From positions 1-22,551 of the forward strand of contig CAVYGB010000011.1 in assembly GCA_963767925.1 (NCBI GenBank): a stretch of DNA of 22,551 bases. The letters run 5' to 3'. The translations under genes were made by a program, and so were the position numbers. Numbering within the stretch: position 1 is the first letter of the stretch; the number at the start of each line of letters is the position of its first letter. A model generated the notes under the pieces. That model made no database searches. It was not told where the DNA came from and worked only from the letters and a program-made list of their open reading frames with translations. Source of the DNA: an uncultured delta proteobacterium. Lineage in GTDB: Bacteria > Myxococcota_A > Polyangia > Fen-1088. Below are positions 16,220 to 22,551 of this stretch, in pieces.

Positions 16220-16917
16220 TGCTCGAGGCGGAGGTCCTGCTCGCCGCCACGGGCCTGCTGCAGCCGCCCGACCAGACCGCCCGCATCGCGGCCCGGACCC
16301 TGCTGCCGGAGCTGACCGACGCCATGCTGGCCGTGCTCGAGCGGGAAGAGCCGACCGCCTTGCGGGTCAACAACCAGACGGCCAACTACCACAAGCGCCT
16401 ATCGGCCAGCCCGCCTTACGAGACCACGTTCGAGCTGCTGGCCGCCGCCCAGGGCGAGGCCTTCGCCGGCGCCTACCAGGCGGCCCACCAGAACGCCCGG
16501 CAGCTGCTGCTCGGCCGCTGGCCGGCCGTCACGCTCGACGGCATCTTCGGCACCCAGATCGTCCCGCCCGACCCCGAGAAGCTCGCCCAGTGGCTGCTCG
16601 AGGCCGACACCATCGAGAACCAGCGGCTCATCAAGGATCTGGGGGCCGCGGCCGTCCTGCCCGAGACGATCGAGGTGTTCTCGGTCGCGTTCCCGATGAT
16701 CTTCGCTGAGCTCACCCGCGTGCTCAACGACCGGCTGGCCAAGCTCAAGGACCAGGACTGGGTCCCGCCGCCCTGGCTCGACTGCTCGCTGCGCACGTTC
16801 TTACGCCTGCCGGTGCAGGCCGTTCCGCCCGCGCCGCCGCCCCCGGTGGCGCCGCCTTCGCGCGCGAAGCTCGCCGCCGAGAAGCTCGAAACGGCGGTGG
16901 AAAGGACCTCCGCGTAG
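16219..16917 (+). CDS. Hypothetical helical protein between scaffold and capsid genes
   Basis: TGATG overlap; strong GC3 bias. Confidence 0.8.
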   Translation: MLEAEVLLAATGLLQPPDQTARIAARTLLPELTDAMLAVLEREEPTALRVNNQTANYHKRLSASPPYETTFELLAAAQGEAFAGAYQAAHQNARQLLLGRWPAVTLDGIFGTQIVPPDPEKLAQWLLEADTIENQRLIKDLGAAAVLPETIEVFSVAFPMIFAELTRVLNDRLAKLKDQDWVPPPWLDCSLRTFLRLPVQAVPPAPPPPVAPPSRAKLAAEKLETAVERTSA

Positions 16918-16946
16918 ACCAACGCCCTATTTGTGTAGAGCACCCC
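16910..16946 (+). promoter_or_regulatory. Late promoter candidate, copy 2
   Basis: Same 27-mer followed by A and GAGCACCCC, about 100 nt before the capsid start. Confidence 0.75.
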
Positions 16947-17037
16947 TTTCGAACGTAGAGCGCCGCCACCGCAGGTCCGCAGCTCCGCCCGCTCGTCCCG
17001 AGCGCAGGCGTAACCACGTCCGAAAAGGGAGGCCCCC

Positions 17038-18367
17038 ATGGCCATCGCAGACTTTCTCCGCATCACCGCCCACCTCGAGAAGGTCGAGGTCGGCGAACGA
17101 ACCTCGTCCTTCTATGAGCTGTACCCCGACGCCTTCCTCGCCATGTGCGAGGACGAGTCGTTCGACTCGGCCGGCGGCTCCGGGTTCGTCATCAAGCTGC
17201 TGACCCGCGGAAACGCGGGCCCCAACCCCCAGTACGACCTGACCGGCAACGGCTCGCCCGGCCGCTACCGGATTCGAGCTTCTGCCCAAGAACCTCGAGT
17301 GGAAGGCCAAGATCGGCCGCGACGCCGTCCTCGGCGCCATGGAGAAGGGCAGCTCGTTCGCCTTCGATTTGGTCAAGGAGGAGTGCGACGTCCAAAAGCA
17401 CTTCACCCTGCACACCCTGGGCAAGACCCTGGGCGGGTCGGGCTGGGGCGAGCTGGCGGGCATCGTGGCCATCGCGACTGACACCGTGACCCTCGGCCAC
17501 CCCGACGGCAACGCCTCGGGCTCGCCGGTCGCGGCCTACTGCAACCGCTTTTACGAGGGGCAGCTGGTCGGCTCGGCCGACATCATCTCGAGCGGCGACG
17601 CCCGCGGCTCGACCCCCGGCACCTACTACACGGTCGCCACCGGCGGCATCAACCGCGCCAACGGCACCGTGCAGTTCACCGCCACCGTCTCGGACTTCGT
17701 CGACGGCGACATCATGTTCGAAAAGGGGTTCCGCCCCTTTGCGGCCTCGGCGGGCAAGCGCTGCGTCGAGGGGGTCAACTCCTGGCTGTCGACCGGCGCC
17801 ATCGGCGGCCTGACCCGGACCACCGCGCCCGGCACCACCCCGCTGACCTACAGCGCCGCGGCCGACACCACCCTGGTCGACGCCCTCATCTCCGCCGACG
17901 AGGTCGCGGTCTCCTCGGGCCTGCCCCGCAAGGGCCTGGCCATCATGATTCACACGTCGAACTTCAAGACGTTGCAGCAGGGCCAGGAGGCCAAGGTCAC
18001 CACCCAGACGGCGACCAAGGAGCGCGGCGACGGCAGCAAGTACACGATCTCCTACTCGGAGTTCGCGCTCAACGGCATCGGCGCCATGATCCCGGTGGTC
18101 CCCACCGCGTTCTGGACGCCCGACACGGCCACCCTCGGGCCCTTCCGGGACAAGGACCGCTGCTTCGTGCTCGGCTACGCGGGCAAGTCGCTGCACAACC
18201 TCACCAAGGACGGCAACGGCAACGCCGTCCGGATTGCCGAAAACGGCATCACCGACAACGACGGCAACGTCGTCCCCGGCTACATCGTCGAGGGCTTTTG
18301 CCGCGTGCAGCTGCTCTGCCGGTCGCCGGGCAGCTACCTGAACATCACCAACCTGCCCGCCGAGTAA
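17038..18367 (+). CDS. Major capsid protein, +1 frameshift near 17272
   Basis: GGGAGG RBS. Removing one base joins ..GRYR to FELLPKNLEWKAKIGRDAVLGAMEK.., giving about 442 aa. Position and size fit a capsid gene. Confidence 0.8.
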
Positions 18368-18391
18368 CCGCCACACACCCCACCTGGTCGT

Positions 18392-18421
18392 CGGGGGCCG
18401 GTCCGCAAGGGCTGGCTCCCG
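18392..18421 (+). terminator. Strong GNRA-capped hairpin after the capsid gene
   Basis: CGGGGGCCGGTCC-GCAA-GGGCTGGCTCCCG, 13 bp including G-U pairs. No U-tract. Confidence 0.5.
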
Positions 18422-18455
18422 GCGCCCCCCTTCCGAGCAAAAAGAGGAGCGACCG

Positions 18456-19160
18456 ATGGGCGAAATTTCGAGGAACCGAGCCTACAGCCCGCGGGAAGTC
18501 CGCGAGGAGATCAACGACAACGACACGCGCCTGACCGCGCTCGAGGCCCTGGCGGTCGCCGAGGAGGTGGGCGACGGGACCATCACCACGGCCAAGCTGG
18601 CCGCGGGCGTGATCTCCGCGGACGCCGCCGGCCGGGCGCTGTTCGCCGACGGCGTGTTCGACGCCACGGCCGCCCTGGCCATCTTCGGCGCCAACTCGAT
18701 CGCGAACGCGTTCCTTCTCGACGCCATCGCGGACGGCGCCTTTCAGGCCGACTCGGCCACCCGGGCCCTGTTCGCCGACGGCATCTGGACCGACGCCAAG
18801 ATGGCGGCCAACACCATCACGGAAGCGAGCCTGAACGCCCGCATCCGCGGCGCCCACCAGAACCTGTCGGGCGCCGGGGCCATCAACCTGACCACGCCGG
18901 TCACCCGGTACACCTCGACGGGAGCCGCCCAGGCGCTGACCCTCGCCGACGGCACCGTGGCGGGGCACCGCAAGCGCATCATCCACGTTCTCGACGGCGG
19001 GTCGGGCGTGCTGACCGCGGGCGGGTCGCTCCACCTCGGCGACTCGCTGGCCACCATCACGCTCGCCTCGCTGTGGGACTGGGTCGAGCTCGAGTGGCAG
19101 AACAGCAACACGTCCTGGAACGTCATCGGCTGGGGCGGCGCTGGCGTCGCGTTCGCCTAA
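18456..19160 (+). CDS. Virion structural protein (decoration/head-fibre-like)
   Basis: Follows the capsid gene; DGTITTAKLA and repeated RALFADG; beta-rich C-terminus. Confidence 0.65.
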   Translation: MGEISRNRAYSPREVREEINDNDTRLTALEALAVAEEVGDGTITTAKLAAGVISADAAGRALFADGVFDATAALAIFGANSIANAFLLDAIADGAFQADSATRALFADGIWTDAKMAANTITEASLNARIRGAHQNLSGAGAINLTTPVTRYTSTGAAQALTLADGTVAGHRKRIIHVLDGGSGVLTAGGSLHLGDSLATITLASLWDWVELEWQNSNTSWNVIGWGGAGVAFA

Positions 19161-19166
19161 GGCGCC

Positions 19167-19382
19167 ATGGCCAAGCGCGATCTCATGGACTACCTCGAGG
19201 AGAAGAAGCCTCCCGAGGAAAAAGAGGAGGAGGCCCCGGCCGAAAAGCCGGACCTCGCCTCCAAGCGCCTGCTCTACCTGGCCGAAGAGACGGGCGTCTC
19301 TGACCCGGCCGCGCTGGTCAAGCTCATCAAGGCCTGCTGCGCTCAGGAGTACTCGAAGGGGCCGGCCTCCGAGGAGGAGTAA
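19167..19382 (+). CDS. Small acidic hypothetical protein
   Basis: Fills the gap; typical codon usage. Confidence 0.7.
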   Translation: MAKRDLMDYLEEKKPPEEKEEEAPAEKPDLASKRLLYLAEETGVSDPAALVKLIKACCAQEYSKGPASEEE

Positions 19383-20042
19383 GTGCTCGACCTCGAGGGC
19401 GCAGAGGGGCAGGTCCGGGCGTTCACCCGACACGTGGGCGACGTCACCCGGCTGACCCAGCCCAACGTGTTCCTGTTTCTCAACATCGCGTACCGGCAGC
19501 TGCGCACCTGGCTGCAGGGCGAGGCGCCCGAGCTCTACCTGCTCACGTCGTCCGATCTGCCGGTCGCCGCCGGCGGCACCGTCTCGCAGTCGGACATCTC
19601 GCCCTCTTTCGAGAAGACCTTCCGGGTCGACCAGCGGCTCGACGACGGCCGCTATCGGCCGCTCGAGTGGGCCTCCATGGCCGACCCGAACGTCCACTGC
19701 GTATCTGGCCAGACCGTCCGGGAGGAAAACGGGATCTTCCGGTTCGGCTCGGACGCCGACTTTTCGGGCGTGGTCCGGGTCCTCTACTACGACACGCCCG
19801 CGGACATCGCCGAGGAGGACAACCCGGACGAAGAGCGGTTCCTGGTGCCGCCTTGCCTCGAGCTGCCCCTGGTGTTCCTGGCCTGCGGCCTGGTGGCGCT
19901 CGGCGACGGCGACGGGGCGGCGGGCAAGAAGGGATGGGACGACCTGGCCGGCGCCCTCATGAAAGAGGCCGGGCCCCAGCTGCGCGCACGCAAGGGCGTG
20001 CACCAGGAGCGCGCCGGGCTCCAGCTCATCCAGGGGTACTGA
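19383..20042 (+). CDS. Putative head-tail adaptor
   Basis: 219 aa; FLN.AYRQL helix, beta sandwich with VRVLYY..P, C-terminal helices; GGAGGAG RBS. Confidence 0.65.
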   Translation: MLDLEGAEGQVRAFTRHVGDVTRLTQPNVFLFLNIAYRQLRTWLQGEAPELYLLTSSDLPVAAGGTVSQSDISPSFEKTFRVDQRLDDGRYRPLEWASMADPNVHCVSGQTVREENGIFRFGSDADFSGVVRVLYYDTPADIAEEDNPDEERFLVPPCLELPLVFLACGLVALGDGDGAAGKKGWDDLAGALMKEAGPQLRARKGVHQERAGLQLIQGY

Positions 20043-20045
20043 GCC

Positions 20046-21091
20046 GTGCCCCAGCGCCTCGTCGACTGGGCTGCTCTGCTCAAGGTCGAGCCGGACCTGC
20101 CCAAACGCCTCAACGGGGCGTTCTTCTCGATCGAAAAGCTCGTCCGGGATCTGCAGGCCTACCAGCTCGACCTGCGCGAGGACCTCGAGGCCTCGACCTC
20201 GAGCTGCCCGACGTCGGCCCGGGCGCCGGGTCTTACGGGGGCGGCGGGGACTTCGTCGAGTCGGTCACCCTCGACGAAAAGGGCCGGGTGACGGCGGTGG
20301 CGGCCGGCGTGCCGCCCAGCACGCGCCCCCGTCCTCTACGGGTGGGACCGCGGACCGCCGGCGCGATCCGGGGGCGGGGCGTCCGGTCACGGGCACCACC
20401 GGAATCCGACGACCCCACCGCGGTCAACGCTACCCCTCCTTTACATCGCCGGGGCTCGCCAGTTCAGCACGGCCCCAGTCGGGGGCCTGCAGCTCGCGCT
20501 CTTTCCAGGGGGGCGGGCCTTGGCCGATGCGCGGCCACGCCGATTCGGCGGCCGCGCCCGACGGAGACCCATTCGCCTGGTCGGGCGTGCACCGCCGGGA
20601 TGCTCCGGCGTCGGCGCGGACCATCGCGTGGCTGGGTGTCTACGCCAACAAGGGCGCCTCCGGAGCGGACAGCTTCAACGCGGCGGGCTCGTCTAGACTC
20701 GGGGCCAGCTTTCGTCCGCGTCCTCGGACAATTACCAGTGCTACCGGCCTGGGTCGCCATCTCCGAGGAATGGCTCTACTCGGACCGGGACCCTGGCCGG
20801 CGCCAGCTCCGCCGATGATGGCGACTCCGGTCGTGCACCCGGACGTACCAGCCGCGGCTGATTGCACTCACCCGCTCGGCCGCCGACGCCGTCACGGTGT
20901 GCGGCAGCGGCCGCCAGGTCGCGACCACCACGTCCACGCTCCCGCGGCGGCGGGTCGGCGAAGCTAAGATCGGCCGCGCCGCGGGCAATCACATCGTCCC
21001 GGCTCGGCCGCGCCGATCTTCGGTGTCGCCCTGACGCCGGCGCCAGGTCCAGGCCAGCTACCACCGGACCTTCTTCGAGGTGTCCGCATGA
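20046..21091 (+). pseudogene. Tail/fibre-like structural gene with several frameshifts
   Basis: Begins VPQRLVDW..REDLEA, shifts near 20192 to LPDVGPGAGSYGGGGDFVESVTLDEKGRVT (a fibre motif), and plausibly ends ..YHRTFFEVSA* overlapping ATG 21088. Confidence 0.55.
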
Positions 21092-22551
21092 GCAAGGCCC
21101 TGCCCGAAGTCCCGGTCACGTTCAACTTCGGCGCCGTCCGCACGAACGCCAACGACCGGTACCTGACCCTCGGCGAGCTGACCAGTCTGGTCAACTGGCG
21201 GCGCACCGTCGACGGGCGGCTGTCCAAACGCCTGGGCAACGACAAGGCGACCGTGTCGACGTTCGTGGGCGGCACCTACGCGGGGCCGTGCACCGAGATG
21301 GTCCCGCACGATTCGATCATCTTTCGGGACAGCTCCAATCAGGTGTGGGCCAAGGCCCGACCGACGGCAAGGGCTACCCCGGGGCGTCGACCTGCGGGCG
21401 CACCCGACCTGGAGGCGGGTCGAAAACGCGCACCCACCCGGCGGCGTGCACAAGCCCCTGCTGGTCAAGGCGGGCAGCTCGCTGTTTTTCTTCAGCCTGG
21501 GCGTGCAGGACGACACCTTCGTCAAGCGCATCCAGGTCAGCGTGCACGACCTGGCCACCGGGGTGGTCGTCCAGCGGCCGGTGTTCATCAACGCCGACGA
21601 CATCGCTGTTTACAGCGCGGCGGCCGATGCTGGCGGCAACGCCTGGGTGGTCTGGGTCGAGTCGTCGGCGCCGACGGTCATCCAGGTCCGCAAGCTCGAC
21701 AGCCTCGGCGCGGTGGCCACCACCAACACGGTCACCGTCGCCTCGACCGAGCTGCAGGATCTCAAGCTGCGCCTCATGCCCAACGGCGAGCTCCTCCTGG
21801 TGGCCGTCTCGGTCGACATCGGGGGCACGACCGGCGCGGTCAAGCGCTACCACGCGTACCTCGACACCTCCACCGGGGCGGCGAAGGTCTCGCCAGCCGC
21901 GGTGACCGCCACGGTGACCGGCGGCCCCGGTGTCGCCGGGATCCTGGCCGGCCCGGGCCTGTCCATCGCCGACAGCTCCGAGCACACGACCGCGTACTAC
22001 TACCATTTCTGGTACGCGTTCGACTCGACCACCCTGCGCTGTCACCGGGTCGAGGTGGACCCGGCCGCGCTGACCGCCAGCTCGACCGCCACTGTCCGTA
22101 CCGTGACCGTCGCCGCCACCGACGACAAGTCGATCGGCGGGACCAACGCGTTCGTCGCGACGGGCGGCACCGTCACCCTCGTTTCCTCCCTGGTCGCGGT
22201 CAATAACAGCCTGCCCCCGGCGGTGCAGGCCAGGACCGCCACGGTGGTGCGGACCATCTCGGGCGCGGACGTCACGATCGCCCGGTCCGCCCACCTCGCC
22301 GGCGACGACATCTTCAAGGTCGGCTCGACCCGCTACATCCTCACCGGGCACGAGGACATGCTGCAGGTGACGAGTCCCGGGGCGCAGCGGGGCTACTTCG
22401 TCCGCGACACCGCCGGCAGGATCGTCACGACCATCCTCGACGGCGAGGGCGGGCAGATCTTCTTCAACGGCGGGATCGGCCCGACCGGGCGGCATACGCT
22501 CGACCTGCGCTGCGGCCACCTGGTGGCCCCAGTGGTCAGCGGCAACAAGGT
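21088..22551 (+). CDS. Large beta-rich tail protein (nozzle/hub-like), frameshift at about 21355-21383, runs off the window
   Basis: N-terminus F..GAV.T...L..LVNWR...DGRLSKRLG. Continues in another frame as GVDLRAHPTW...VSVHDLATG..., open to the window end. Confidence 0.7.

Larger units (their letters stand above)
801..22551 (+). mobile_element. Temperate phage genome segment (early, replication, packaging, head and tail modules)
   Basis: TerL motifs, portal-scaffold-capsid-adaptor gene order, a phage replication initiator, and dense co-oriented overlapping small ORFs. Confidence 0.95.

Noticed and set aside
17265..17280. Programmed ribosomal frameshift in the capsid gene
   Set aside because: No slippery heptamer. 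The shift is near the N-terminus, unlike known C-terminal capsid extensions, and similar indels occur elsewhere in the window.

Overview
A 22.5-kb, very GC-rich piece of a temperate, probably podovirus-type, phage genome that infects a diderm host. Almost all genes are on the + strand and joined by ATGA/GTGA overlaps. From left to right it holds: (1) an att-like site made of the 3' half of tRNA-Leu(CAG) with arm-type repeats; (2) an early operon of small, often Cys-rich ORFs; (3) a replication initiator with an internal GATCCG repeat array, followed by a helicase loader/inhibitor-like gene; (4) accessory genes, including a frameshifted DUF4406/NDT-like gene and a DUF2829 (Tad2-like) anti-defence candidate; (5) a spanin-like gene pair split by a 1.1-kb opposite-strand cassette with its own operators; (6) TerS, a sigma-region-4-like regulator, a GNAT, TerL, portal, scaffold, major capsid, decoration, adaptor and tail genes. 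A 27-bp exact repeat precedes both the packaging and capsid modules. Several single-base frameshifts, including one in the major capsid gene, look like long-read assembly errors. No integrase, immunity repressor, endolysin or holin is recognisable in the window. All product calls come from motifs and gene order; no database searches were run.
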